Virus record (IMG/VR): IMGVR_UViG_3300030108_005139
Coordinates: 14,891 to 78,890 of that record
DNA from: a virus
DNA length: 64,000 nucleotides
Direction: 5' to 3' (one strand)
Made by a program: the position numbers and the translations under genes. Below the pieces are notes generated by a model. The model did not search any database. It had not been told where the DNA came from and saw only the letters and a program-made list of their open reading frames with translations. Shown here in pieces: positions 39,101-48,456 of this stretch. The number at the start of each line of letters is the position of its first letter. The first letter of the stretch is position 1.

Positions 39101-41005
39101 AGCATCTAATAAAACAATACCATATACCACATCTAAAACCTCAACCGATGCCTTGTTCTGCAACAAAGAACACAATTCTGACACGTCTAGTACAGCCGAC
39201 ACATCATTCATTAGTTCTCTTAGCAACTCACTTGTTGCAGTTCCATCACCCGCGTTAGAGGATAAAAGGTTATAAAATGAATCTAACTCTTCAGAAAAAT
39301 CTGAAGAATTAGAAAGTAGTGAGTTTATGTTCTCTCTACCGTAATTCAATTCTTCATTTGATGCACCCGTTAGCTGGCTTAGTAGGCCCATAACTATTTG
39401 GGTAATAATAAAAACCGCTATCTCTATCAATACACTAAAAATCAATATGGCCAAGTTTTTAGTTACATCGAATATCAAACTTTCAGCAGGAAAATTAAAT
39501 GGTATCGTAACATTAGATATGTCAGGTAATTTTTCAAGAAACTTTTCAATACCTCTGGATGCCTCGCTTAACATAGAATCACTAACGGGCTCGCCCAAGC
39601 CTTCAAATAATTTGACTGCTAAATATTTAAAATCAACGTGATTCAACAAGTTGTTATATAATCCATCAAAACCACTCCCAAAAGAATCGAATAGTTCTGA
39701 TAGATCCATTTCAAAGGGGCCTGTCCCTGTAGAGTGTACAACATCTCTAACTTGATCTGCTACATTTAGTTGAAAATCAAAATTAAGTATATTATTATTT
39801 TCAGACAAAAGTTGCGTTGCAGTTTTTATGGCATCTTGAGATAATGGAGATAAGCTTTCATCTCTTGATAGCAACCCAGTGCCATAGTTAATTAAGCCCA
39901 ATATAGCAGCAGCTTTTTGCGCCCCCCTTTCAAGTGGGGTGTTTCTTAATATTTCAGACTCAAACGAAGGTGAATCCAACAAATCAGGTCTAGGCGGGTA
40001 TACATATCTATTTACAAACTCCTCCCAAGATGGCTCAATTGAGTTTGAAAACATTTGTGCCATTTCTTCGTTAGCCCAATAAATTAACGCAGAAGTAGTT
40101 TGAGAAATTAGTGGTTGCCTTGTATTCATTTCCATTCTAGGCCAAGCCGTTCTTAAGAACATATCAATGGGTGGTTCATTTAAATCTTCTGCGAGATATC
40201 TCACATCTAAAATGTTGTAATTTGCTGCGTCGAACACAAACTCTAAATACTTTTCTGCTGTTGTTGGTACAGTTTTTAAATCAACATCAACCTCATTGTA
40301 TCTTAGAAACTCCTGTAATAAATCAATAAATTTATTTAACCTCTCTCCTTCGGATGATAAATTAAGAGAAGTTACAACGCCTTCGGCCAAGCTCGTTGCC
40401 CCTTCAATAAAAAAGCTTGGAACACCATCACTAATCCCACTTAAAAAAGCTGATCCATATTTTCGGATCATAACATCGGATACTAATTTATGTTTTTGTC
40501 TTATCTCCGCAACTTGGTATCGTGTAACAACAGTATCGGCTGATGAATAAGCTGGAGTATATGTAGACTCTGGATATTCACTCAGAAGATTAACCGGTAA
40601 TGTAACCAAAGTTTTTACTTTTGTTGTTGGTCTCGGGCTGATATAGTATCTGATTTCTCCCCTAGATGAATAAGTTTGATATAGTTCTTTTGATCTAACC
40701 AGCAAAACATCCTTCTCTGCAGATGTGACTCTTTTATTATAGAATTCTATTAATAAGTCAACGCCCCTTTTAATATACCCATCAATTCTTTGTTCTCTTT
40801 GCTCAAGCGAACCTAATGAATCGTATTGAACTAATTCTCCATCACTGTAAGCTTCATCAACAACAATACAATGTTCACAACTACGCCTATCAATGTAGGG
40901 AGAGAGTCTGTCTTTGTATTTCCACTCAACTACAGGCGCGTCGGGTTGACTAACACATTTGGGTTTTTGTAGTTTTTCTACTTGATCTGTACAAAGTTCT
41001 GCCAT
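36128..41005 (-). CDS. Large alpha-helical hypothetical protein (1625 aa) with one hydrophobic segment
   Basis: Long intact ORF between spike and gp25; LAILIFSVLIEIAVFIITQIVMGLL. Confidence 0.5.
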   Translation of the reverse strand: MAELCTDQVEKLQKPKCVSQPDAPVVEWKYKDRLSPYIDRRSCEHCIVVDEAYSDGELVQYDSLGSLEQREQRIDGYIKRGVDLLIEFYNKRVTSAEKDVLLVRSKELYQTYSSRGEIRYYISPRPTTKVKTLVTLPVNLLSEYPESTYTPAYSSADTVVTRYQVAEIRQKHKLVSDVMIRKYGSAFLSGISDGVPSFFIEGATSLAEGVVTSLNLSSEGERLNKFIDLLQEFLRYNEVDVDLKTVPTTAEKYLEFVFDAANYNILDVRYLAEDLNEPPIDMFLRTAWPRMEMNTRQPLISQTTSALIYWANEEMAQMFSNSIEPSWEEFVNRYVYPPRPDLLDSPSFESEILRNTPLERGAQKAAAILGLINYGTGLLSRDESLSPLSQDAIKTATQLLSENNNILNFDFQLNVADQVRDVVHSTGTGPFEMDLSELFDSFGSGFDGLYNNLLNHVDFKYLAVKLFEGLGEPVSDSMLSEASRGIEKFLEKLPDISNVTIPFNFPAESLIFDVTKNLAILIFSVLIEIAVFIITQIVMGLLSQLTGASNEELNYGRENINSLLSNSSDFSEELDSFYNLLSSNAGDGTATSELLRELMNDVSAVLDVSELCSLLQNKASVEVLDVVYGIVLLDAYAPMSSLFSTKKDVASFFSSLGSLVDSSICEFGYTIPSRRICDDGFSEEIRRSLLGRKEGISSEQIEEQINAEKERRKRLLAQMASMFESPESPFTDSYDALINKSGVIGEQIANHSTTEQMIEQVVESVFVAPARVMIEEGMGERETPYDTIEYGVSAPTRFDSLFGETAEFVRSLFEGQTYSEEFPKNRGVMYIISDEGYNKAWSNPVGFALTNAAMPPKLRTRINLSDLYQPAGTPRDIVASDPIENRNWVYSSTLHHSVGAYRDSILLRDGKKAAISYQVDESNTIPGWWVADASSGTDFPVLRTFFINRAPISGFPDSLRRANVEGPVVKYLNAPGTELERLQNDVIDNSTPPDEFINASQYRDIPVFNDLPTELIDGESSVSFADFDEMQCTKQQELYTNFIIEKLNTVWPEGLEKPWNDSEWSSKLARTYTNVFNDVMRILYRFVSDSPLLEDSSELLSSMRGAFGNFDIVLQLLGLEGQEGRESSVKEVIKNKITLAMSNPGGVPNLREYVMKETSLRYLLRIYIFEFLCKNMYALTSVPEKFNTTWGNEFVNDAGATNDSPVNNPALARGYKRMLNIEDIADSTLVSYIVEYILFTSIRDGLFDTPTCGTFQDAARELAQMELEQKRPESGFLSVDGPGDTLAYYPPIDERLSLNRAAIGYYVAKELEITLSAFNGLIYQLFVESKGFPEVSPGESISDTNMRSLMLSFLDKFEIIGHNIDGAPLNLTLFEDPGSGRYTSYWEQNGEGLYMEYYVVRADDEVPDVVFMDRYAASSDRAITDEDTIGLRVCLRGSKTHGYLGRGLSSEGLTYLLRTLFEFDLSEDILALNSYSFEKGVPIITYEAKWGSIRGEVGSDSPLTNNATRRATLDALKEGMIQNTQFKTMFEYIFPVRKLFNYLLMINDQNISAFLTNPINLGTSEKETISSNFPSEIEDITSVPGGFGTGGVRYKKLLNASVIDPEQFTRTKSFIRGIIENLYKS

Positions 41006-41013
41006 CGTAAATC

Positions 41014-41901
41014 CTAATTAGTGTTGTTGTATCTGCTTAATATATAAGTGGGGGATACTGGTTTAAGATATTTCATTTTTAGAAACTCGCCGCCAACGCG
41101 ACTAAGCGCCTGAGATATCGCTCCCTGTATACCCAACTTAGATTGCATACCTGCAACTATACCTTGAAAAACCGGATCTGGTAGAGGGGAGCCTGGAATG
41201 GCGTGAGTGTGAGCCAACATTGCAGTGTTTACTGTCATCTGAGCGGTTAAATTACCTTGAACAATTCCATTTAACTGCCCGATCTGATCCACCAGGGAAA
41301 TAAGTAAACTAATCAAATCGTCACCCTTAACCATTGGTTGTAATCCCGAATCATCGTTTCCCGCTATTAAATCAATCCCTTTAACAAATTCTATTTTACC
41401 ACCTTGTGAGTTTTTTGATTCTGGGCGAGTGATTAATTTAATACCCTCACGACCTATAATCCTTACAGCGTCTGCCTTAATGCCTATACCTGAACGTGCT
41501 GTCGATTTTCCAACCTTGCCTGCAGCCAGTTTGAAGTATCCATCTATATTTGCTTTCTGGCTTATGTATATTCTTGCTGCATCTTTTTTCATTGATGGAT
41601 CGACATATATTTCTTCTCCATTTCTATCATAAGTTGCCAAGTTGTCAGCAGACATCCTGCCAACAACAATGTCGATTCTAGACGCACCCATTTCAGCACC
41701 GTAACCAGAAAGACGACTTCCTGGTCTGTCTCTTCCAATTACAATTTCTGCGTTTTTTCCGATTACCTCTTCAGAATCAGATTTAATATATCTTGGTTTT
41801 GGCTCTACCATTATAGAACCAGCAACGCCACGCTGACCCAAACTGACATCGGCTAATGTCTTACCACTACCTGTGTAATCAATTGCCTTTCTAGATGACA
41901 T
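41014..41901 (-). CDS. Baseplate central spike-like protein (gp5 C-part/gpV/gp138-like)
   Basis: Short beta-strand repeats, PMVKGDDL helix, HTH (HxH) metal-binding tip motif; location in the baseplate module. Confidence 0.6.
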   Translation of the reverse strand: MSSRKAIDYTGSGKTLADVSLGQRGVAGSIMVEPKPRYIKSDSEEVIGKNAEIVIGRDRPGSRLSGYGAEMGASRIDIVVGRMSADNLATYDRNGEEIYVDPSMKKDAARIYISQKANIDGYFKLAAGKVGKSTARSGIGIKADAVRIIGREGIKLITRPESKNSQGGKIEFVKGIDLIAGNDDSGLQPMVKGDDLISLLISLVDQIGQLNGIVQGNLTAQMTVNTAMLAHTHAIPGSPLPDPVFQGIVAGMQSKLGIQGAISQALSRVGGEFLKMKYLKPVSPTYILSRYNNTN

Positions 41902-41920
41902 AAACCAGTATCCTTAAAAA

Positions 41921-43345
41921 TTAGAAATCGTTTGGAACATCAGTGTTTCTAGGATCCCAATCTGGAGGGATCGGGCGTCCGTTTCCTAGCACCGGTGCTT
42001 CCACTAGACCAAATTCATCTCGTATCGGTATGCAGACTTTTTGCCAAGTTTCAAAACCAGGGTCGCCAGATTTTGGATTATACGCATTACGATGAGCACC
42101 AATATATTGTATTCTTCCGCCTGCAGCAGCCACTTCAGCAATAATACATCTAATAAGTTGAATAGCAACCTGAGCTTGGCGATCTGATAACCTATCAGGA
42201 TACCTTTCTGGTCGTAAACGGTCGGATCTTCTTGGAAATTTTCCTTCCATCTCTATTTGCACTGCCCTGGTATTAAATCCGTGAGAGCCCCACACTTTTT
42301 TAGTAAAATCATAAAGTCGATATGCCTTTGGGCCGCCCCAAGCTTCACTACCATATTCATTAGTAACCATATAATGCACGTGCAAGCCCATCCATCGACG
42401 ATAACCACCCGTTCCACGACCGCGCTTTATTATCATACCAGTCGCATCGCGCTCTCCGCGCTCTAAGCAAGCAGTATCATACCTAGAACAATCTGTTTGA
42501 CCTTCCGGGTGTCTTGAATCATCATCATCGAGTGGTCCTGCTTTTGAATCCATTTGATGTAGTACAATTGTATCTATTCTTTCAATTGGATTATCTCTTC
42601 TAGAACCAGGAGGATCAAGCATTTCGGCGCGAACATCAACGACCTCCAGGCAACTACTTAACGGAGGAATTGGGGAAAGCGGATCAAATGGCTCCGTTGG
42701 TCTAGACGCATTGTTTGATGAGTTTGATGGAAAATTACCCCCAAGTGGAGATCTTGAACCACCCCCTCGCCCTCCTGGTCCAGTTGAACCACCAGATCTT
42801 GGCCAAGAACCATTAGGCCCAGCAACAGCACCGGGAAACTCGTACTTACCACTACTAAAAGTCCTAGCATTAGAATATGTTACAACTATTCTATCTCCTG
42901 GCATTGGAAGGGGATACCCCTCTACTTCAACTTTTGGAAAAAGGATACCTGTCTGCATATGTGCTCTAATTGCAGACCAAAAAAGAAATTTCTCCTGCTC
43001 AGTACCCTCTGGATTATAATAACCTGGGTGGGGTAAATTATCGTGAATTCCGTCAATCCTTGCAACACACCAAGGTAATCTAATTTGTGCAGCCGGATCG
43101 GCATAATCGTACATATAACCAGGTGGAGGGCCTATATTTGCAGGATATGACATCAAACATTGTCCAACAAATGGTCCGTTTGATGGAATGATGGGTAATC
43201 TATAGGGAGCAGTTACTGCATAAGTTAATGCGTCGTAAGGCTCAATGCCTACAACAGATGAGTTGTGAGTTAACCCACCAACAAGGTTGTTTTGCGCTCC
43301 TGGCGCAAATATTGTATAAGGGTTGGCTTGATTTTGGTCGGCCAC
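41921..43345 (-). CDS. gp5-like OB-fold fused to an N-acetylmuramoyl-L-alanine amidase (Amidase_2)
   Basis: PMPGDRIVVTY, Gly/Pro linker, IDTIVLHQ, HYMV, HGFNTRAVQIEMEG, GAHR..KSGDPG. Start placed at GTG 43345, 9 nt after AGGAGG. Confidence 0.72.
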   Translation of the reverse strand: MADQNQANPYTIFAPGAQNNLVGGLTHNSSVVGIEPYDALTYAVTAPYRLPIIPSNGPFVGQCLMSYPANIGPPPGYMYDYADPAAQIRLPWCVARIDGIHDNLPHPGYYNPEGTEQEKFLFWSAIRAHMQTGILFPKVEVEGYPLPMPGDRIVVTYSNARTFSSGKYEFPGAVAGPNGSWPRSGGSTGPGGRGGGSRSPLGGNFPSNSSNNASRPTEPFDPLSPIPPLSSCLEVVDVRAEMLDPPGSRRDNPIERIDTIVLHQMDSKAGPLDDDDSRHPEGQTDCSRYDTACLERGERDATGMIIKRGRGTGGYRRWMGLHVHYMVTNEYGSEAWGGPKAYRLYDFTKKVWGSHGFNTRAVQIEMEGKFPRRSDRLRPERYPDRLSDRQAQVAIQLIRCIIAEVAAAGGRIQYIGAHRNAYNPKSGDPGFETWQKVCIPIRDEFGLVEAPVLGNGRPIPPDWDPRNTDVPNDF

Positions 43346-43346
43346 T

Positions 43347-43631
43347 TCACGCAACCTCCTTAATCATATCAAAAAGTTCATCTTTATCTTTTTCGCTTAA
43401 GCCAGCGTCGGCGTTCTTATTTTTCTGTAAAAGTGCAGCCACCTTAACTAATTGTTCGTTAGATCGCTGTAGTGTTTCCAGATATTTCGCCGCAACAACG
43501 CCTAGTTGTTTGTGACTATGTGTGTCATTGGATACAACAGTTTCTAACTGCTTCAGAAGATCCTTAGCCTTATCGCGATCTGCTCGAATGTTATCAACAG
43601 CCTCTTCTAAATATGAATCCAAATCTTTCAC
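43347..43631 (-). CDS. Small coiled-coil hypothetical protein
   Basis: Overlapping start/stop packing; helical composition. Confidence 0.65.
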   Translation of the reverse strand: MKDLDSYLEEAVDNIRADRDKAKDLLKQLETVVSNDTHSHKQLGVVAAKYLETLQRSNEQLVKVAALLQKNKNADAGLSEKDKDELFDMIKEVA

Positions 43632-44320
43632 TAAATATCTCCTTCATTCCACTTACCTTTAAAATCTCGGTACTTAGAACGCATCTTGTTGAGACTATTA
43701 ACAATCTGTTTTGTATTTAGACCGGTAATCTCTCTCATATACAGATAAATAGCTTTTTTATTAAAAATTTCAATGTCCTCGCTGTTCTCCAAGAGGATCT
43801 TAACAGCTTTCAAAACTTTTTCATCATTTGGTTTTAATTTGCCCGTGTCCCAAGATTCTATCTCTTCCCACAGGTGTGTCCAAAATTCGTGTTTCTCTCT
43901 CTTAGATTCATATCCATTTGTCGTGACAAGATATTTTATTTCTAAATCTTTTGATATGTCATCAAAATCAACCTCTCTCTTTGCCTGCTTTGCGTTTTTC
44001 TTAACCTTGTGAATAAACCAGTTTTTAGTGATTACGGAAAAATAAGAAAACGCTTTTGACCCCTTGTTGGGATCATATTTGTCCAAAATCATCGTAAGCC
44101 ATACTTTACACTCTTCGCGAAGCTCAACAATATTAGGCAAGTTAGTAAATTTATAAGTGAAAATAATTTTATCAACCATCTCACCAAAAGCTGGCTGTAT
44201 ATAGGTTACATACAACTCTGTTCTTTCTTTAATATCTTCACTAATAGCGTATTTTACTATTGCGTCTTCGTGAACTTGTGTAAAATAATGCTTACTTCTC
44301 TTCTTCCGCCTCTTCTTCAT
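43631..44320 (-). CDS. Phage sigma-factor-like protein (gp55-like late sigma)
   Basis: Region-2-like KYDPNKGSKAFSYFSVITKN and a C-terminal HTH-like segment; start MKKRR with GAGG SD. Confidence 0.7.
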   Translation of the reverse strand: MKKRRKKRSKHYFTQVHEDAIVKYAISEDIKERTELYVTYIQPAFGEMVDKIIFTYKFTNLPNIVELREECKVWLTMILDKYDPNKGSKAFSYFSVITKNWFIHKVKKNAKQAKREVDFDDISKDLEIKYLVTTNGYESKREKHEFWTHLWEEIESWDTGKLKPNDEKVLKAVKILLENSEDIEIFNKKAIYLYMREITGLNTKQIVNSLNKMRSKYRDFKGKWNEGDI

Positions 44321-44612
44321 TGAATACATCCTCTATTTTGTCTTCGTCAATCGTAATAGTATAAACATCTCTATATAACTCGATGTCGCTCACTACTTGC
44401 TGAGAATGTATGATCAAATTTTGTATTGTTTGATCTCCATAATACATTTCAAGCTCATTAATAGCAGATAAATGATCTGAAAAGGCTTGAACTGTTTCCA
44501 GCAAGTTATAAACATTTTCCGACAAAAAAGAGAAATTTTTTAATATCCACCTTAAATAGAAAATAAAAAATATGTTTATAACTATCGATATTATTAATAT
44601 TGTTTCAATCAT
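44292..44612 (-). CDS. Small N-terminally membrane-anchored protein
   Basis: ILIISIVINIFFIFYL TM segment, acidic tail. Confidence 0.65.
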   Translation of the reverse strand: MIETILIISIVINIFFIFYLRWILKNFSFLSENVYNLLETVQAFSDHLSAINELEMYYGDQTIQNLIIHSQQVVSDIELYRDVYTITIDEDKIEDVFNEEEAEEEK

Positions 44613-44868
44613 CGTATGTTTGACTTCTTAGTTCCTTTTTTTCTTGCTCTAAATCATCTTTCGCATCTTCAATATATTGCTTAACAAGGGAGCCGGTTTT
44701 TTGTTTTTGCTGACCTCCTGTTTGTTTCAAAACAACAGGCATTGAAGGTATTCGCTTAAGACTTTGTTCAGAATCACACTCCTCACAATCTGTTAGCTTT
44801 TCTTTAATTGAATGAACAACTTGAAAAACTATAGAACAATCATCGCATTTATATATGTATCTTGGCAT
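44605..44868 (-). CDS. FmdB-family zinc-ribbon protein
   Basis: MPRYIYKCDDC...CEEC...LKRIPS; start placed at 44868. Confidence 0.85.
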   Translation of the reverse strand: MPRYIYKCDDCSIVFQVVHSIKEKLTDCEECDSEQSLKRIPSMPVVLKQTGGQQKQKTGSLVKQYIEDAKDDLEQEKKELRSQTYDD

Positions 44869-44869
44869 A

Positions 44870-45670
44870 TTAAATTGTAATCGATTTAGTGATACTGTCT
44901 TTCTGCATACACCACACCAACATTTCCTCATTAGAAGCTGGTCTGTCTAAAGCCTCAAAAGCCTCTACCATATCTTGCTTTTGCAAAGGCTTATTAAGAA
45001 CATATTTTTCCTCGTTAATTATAGCAACTGGATATTTTAACATATTCCTTCTATAACCCTGTGCGTGTGCCCTTTTCATATACTCTGACTCTGCACCAGG
45101 CTTGCCAAGAGGGTAGCCTGCTTCTAGTTCATATTTAAACTCCCCAAGTTCCCGATACGTTTCTTTGGCCATTATATGATAATCAGCATAACCCTTATGG
45201 AGCGATTCATAAATTTCAAGATTGTTTTCGTGTGGATTCATAGCGTTATTTTGCTTTCTAAACCTATAAAATGGATAAGCGTAATGAATAACACAACCCA
45301 CATTATTATGTGAATTTATGTGACTTATACTTCTAGAAATCCAATCATCTTCAACAACAAACAAATGGTCATCAGGTGAGTCAATAAAATAATCCCCTTG
45401 AGCTATCCTTCTAGCTTGAACCTTTGCATACTTTGTGCAGATAGGGTAATCGTTCTTTTCATTTAATATTAGTTTGTAGTCAGCACAGTTCGGTTGTAAA
45501 CTATTGAGATAGTTCAAAACCCTGTCGTCAGTCGAACCGTTGTCAACAACGATGAGTTCAATGTTGTTTGAATCGTATGTGCTTGTTTTAAAAAAACTTT
45601 CTATACAGTTTTTAATTAACAAGGGTCTGTTGTAAGAAGTGACACACAGACTGACTAAGCCGCTACTCAT
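44870..45670 (-). CDS. Glycosyltransferase family 2 (GT-A)
   Basis: VTSYNRP, IVVDNGSTD, DSPDD. Confidence 0.85.
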   Translation of the reverse strand: MSSGLVSLCVTSYNRPLLIKNCIESFFKTSTYDSNNIELIVVDNGSTDDRVLNYLNSLQPNCADYKLILNEKNDYPICTKYAKVQARRIAQGDYFIDSPDDHLFVVEDDWISRSISHINSHNNVGCVIHYAYPFYRFRKQNNAMNPHENNLEIYESLHKGYADYHIMAKETYRELGEFKYELEAGYPLGKPGAESEYMKRAHAQGYRRNMLKYPVAIINEEKYVLNKPLQKQDMVEAFEALDRPASNEEMLVWCMQKDSITKSITI

Positions 45671-46313
45671 TATAAACCCTCTTAAAAACAACACATCGAT
45701 CTGCTTTTTCTACGAATTCAACTCTTGGGTCTAACTTAAGTTCTTCACAAACTTTCCAGGGACCACCATCTCTTTCTACATAATGTATATCTGGAACTTG
45801 ATCTTTACTGGCATTGTGAAAAACAATATATGACCCAGCGCCGCCAGATAAAATACAACTCTCAGCATCTTTTTTTGTTTGAAGATAGGTGTGATTGCCA
45901 TCAATAAAATACACATCCATATCAAACTTTTCGCTATCCAGCACTTTATCCGAATGACCTTTAACTAGGGTAAAGTTTTCGTAACCCTTGTCTTCTAAAA
46001 AGTCCACAATGTCCTTGTGAAGAGCAACATTCAACATTCTCCATTTGTTAATTATTTTGTGAGTCTGTTCGCCACTGTTTTCTTCAGCAATTAACTCAAA
46101 CAAATCAACACCAGTCGCATAATAATTTTCTTTATTTTCACTTAAAAAGTCTAAAACTTTTCGAAAAGTACCACAAAAATAGACACCAATCTCAAGATAT
46201 CTAGGTTCGTCAAACTTGTTTAATAATTCTAAAATACATTGAGTTTCAATTTCTGACAAATCGGTTCTACTACCATATAATTCATCACGAAATTCTTTCT
46301 CTTTAATATCCAT
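45663..46313 (-). CDS. Class I SAM methyltransferase (Methyltransf_24-like, probable sugar O-methyltransferase)
   Basis: YLEIGV..GT, GVDLF, FIDGNHTY. Confidence 0.82.
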   Translation of the reverse strand: MDIKEKEFRDELYGSRTDLSEIETQCILELLNKFDEPRYLEIGVYFCGTFRKVLDFLSENKENYYATGVDLFELIAEENSGEQTHKIINKWRMLNVALHKDIVDFLEDKGYENFTLVKGHSDKVLDSEKFDMDVYFIDGNHTYLQTKKDAESCILSGGAGSYIVFHNASKDQVPDIHYVERDGGPWKVCEELKLDPRVEFVEKADRCVVFKRVYNE

Positions 46314-46316
46314 TTA

Positions 46317-47375
46317 CTAAGCGCCTCCAAATTCTTTAAAATATTTTTCCAATGTCTCACTATCTCGTATTACATTAACAGAATCACAACTTCTGTAGGA
46401 ATTTGAATCTGAGAAGTCGTTTACTAATACTCTTTTACAGTGCGGTAAATCAAATATAATATTATCATATTGAACTCCAAAGCCCTCCAGTTGCCTAATT
46501 GTATTATCGTAACTTTCTTTTCGTTTTCTGGAAGTTGTTAGCACTAGGTGAATCTTTCCAGTATTATAAATCTTGTTAATAAACTCGATGTTTTTATTCA
46601 AGGGCCTAGAAAACCCCCATCGCGGGGAAAAGAACCTAGAGGAGTTCTTAAATAATACGCCATCTATATCTAGGAATATTGTCATAAAATCAGATTTATA
46701 TTTTCGCCACTCCTCAAGCGTTCCCCAATCACAATAATCACTAATTTCTTTTGAGGAAAATAAAGTATTATCCAATATCATATTGAAAATTATATGTGAT
46801 ATATACAGGGAATCTTTTTGTTCCATTTTCTCATAATATTCCACAAACTGTTCTGCCTTTAAAAAAGAGTAGCCGCCTACACAGAAATTGGAACTAATGA
46901 TTCTTTTTTCAACTATGTTATCAATTAAATCCATATCATTTAAGGAAACGTAACTCTTGTTTGACGCATTAACACTTTGTAAATCATTTAAATCACAAGT
47001 ACAAACGTAATTTCCCTCCTCCAAATCAGCAACAAAAAAGTTATCAACGTCTTTTATAAAGATTGGACCCTGAATATCGTTATCAATAATTGTCCTGTAT
47101 ACAGTTTCAGGCTGAGATTTTGTTGGTTGTTTTAATACATATATTTTTGGCACCACGCCCACCTCTTTAAAGGCAGCGAAAATACCCTCAATACTAGCGT
47201 ATTGGTGTAGGTGTTCCTCTAAAATGGTTAAATAAACGTTCTCAACTTTTTCCAAGTTTAAGCCCTTAATAGCTGCAACCACCATTAAGTTTCCATCCGG
47301 GTGTGTTAACAGCCACTTTGGTCTAAGGTTTGGAAATCTTGAAGACTTACCAGCAGCTGGTATAATTAAATTCAT
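46317..47375 (-). CDS. Sugar-phosphate nucleotidyltransferase fused to a C-terminal HAD phosphatase
   Basis: IIPAAGKSSRF..PK, IVEK, DWGT; then FLDIDGVL, TTSR. Confidence 0.82.
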   Translation of the reverse strand: MNLIIPAAGKSSRFPNLRPKWLLTHPDGNLMVVAAIKGLNLEKVENVYLTILEEHLHQYASIEGIFAAFKEVGVVPKIYVLKQPTKSQPETVYRTIIDNDIQGPIFIKDVDNFFVADLEEGNYVCTCDLNDLQSVNASNKSYVSLNDMDLIDNIVEKRIISSNFCVGGYSFLKAEQFVEYYEKMEQKDSLYISHIIFNMILDNTLFSSKEISDYCDWGTLEEWRKYKSDFMTIFLDIDGVLFKNSSRFFSPRWGFSRPLNKNIEFINKIYNTGKIHLVLTTSRKRKESYDNTIRQLEGFGVQYDNIIFDLPHCKRVLVNDFSDSNSYRSCDSVNVIRDSETLEKYFKEFGGA

Positions 47376-48258
47376 CCCTTTCTCCTAGTAAACAAAACAG
47401 ACACTCAATAACGTATCTCTTTACCTCCACAGTTTTTGCGTAGGGAAGTAAGCGAAACATATTTAGTAATTGGAAAAGCTTATAATATTGTGTGTAAAAA
47501 GGATACTTGTTAAAGTGTGCATCGATTTTTTCGTCTAAGTGTTTCAAAACTGTTAGCATCCTAATTTGATCATAATCTTGTTTATAAAACAAGCTGCTCC
47601 AAAAAAAGTAAGTATCCTGTCTAAGTTTCGCAATATCCTGTAGTGGAGACTCTAGATAACAATTGAGGAAATCAATTAGGTATATCTCTTTATTTGCTTC
47701 ACTCACTAAAATATTTGAAAGCGTTAAGTCACCGTGACAAGAACCTACAGGTATTGTATAACACATCTGCTCATTATTTAAATAAGCATCAATTAAAGCA
47801 TAAATTTTCTCTATATTCTTTCCATATTTATCATTCTTGTCGATTCTTTGATAGGTTTGTTTTAATTTAGAATTGAACAACCCTCTATCAACCAATTGAG
47901 GTGTACTGGTCTCAATTGACTGTTCAATCAAGCCGACAATTTTTTCAATGAAAAACTCTAATTGACTTTTAGAGCAAAACTGTAAAAACGTAATACAATC
48001 CCTTGCTTGTGCATATTCCATATCAAAAAAAAATAAACCATTGTCACTTTCACCACAACAGTCAATTAGTGGAATATTTATATTCTCAAGCTTTAGATTT
48101 TTACGAGCTTCTTTTTGTTTCTCAGCCTGTATTTTTAATCTATGGGAGGTAGCTTCATTCGTAGACTTTTTTCTAACAAAATAAGAACCAGACTTGTGTA
48201 TTATACTTAATTCTGCACCAGAATTACCTTCAATTACGATTTGCCTAGTTCCACCCAT
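47347..48258 (-). CDS. APH/choline-kinase-family phosphotransferase
   Basis: VRKK, MEY, CHGDLTLSNIL, LIDF. Confidence 0.82.
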   Translation of the reverse strand: MGGTRQIVIEGNSGAELSIIHKSGSYFVRKKSTNEATSHRLKIQAEKQKEARKNLKLENINIPLIDCCGESDNGLFFFDMEYAQARDCITFLQFCSKSQLEFFIEKIVGLIEQSIETSTPQLVDRGLFNSKLKQTYQRIDKNDKYGKNIEKIYALIDAYLNNEQMCYTIPVGSCHGDLTLSNILVSEANKEIYLIDFLNCYLESPLQDIAKLRQDTYFFWSSLFYKQDYDQIRMLTVLKHLDEKIDAHFNKYPFYTQYYKLFQLLNMFRLLPYAKTVEVKRYVIECLFCLLGERDEFNYTSCW

Positions 48259-48279
48259 AAACTAAAAAACAACAAGCCT

Positions 48280-48456
48280 TTATTCATCTTCTTCTTTTTT
48301 TACTTCAATCAACGGTGGGTTCGTTACCATTAATTCACCCTCTTCATTAGCAGCCAGTACAAAGCTCTTTAACACTTCTGTAATGTCGCTTTGTTCCATC
48401 AATGACTTTTGTAAAGCCATCATAACTGATCCGAGCGCTTGATTAGATAATTTCAT
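48280..48456 (-). CDS. 58-aa hypothetical protein MKLSNQALGSVMMALQKSLMEQSDI...NPPLIEVKKEEDE
   Basis: Below the ORF-track cutoff; GGAGG SD; fills the gap between neighbours. Confidence 0.75.
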   Translation of the reverse strand: MKLSNQALGSVMMALQKSLMEQSDITEVLKSFVLAANEEGELMVTNPPLIEVKKEEDE

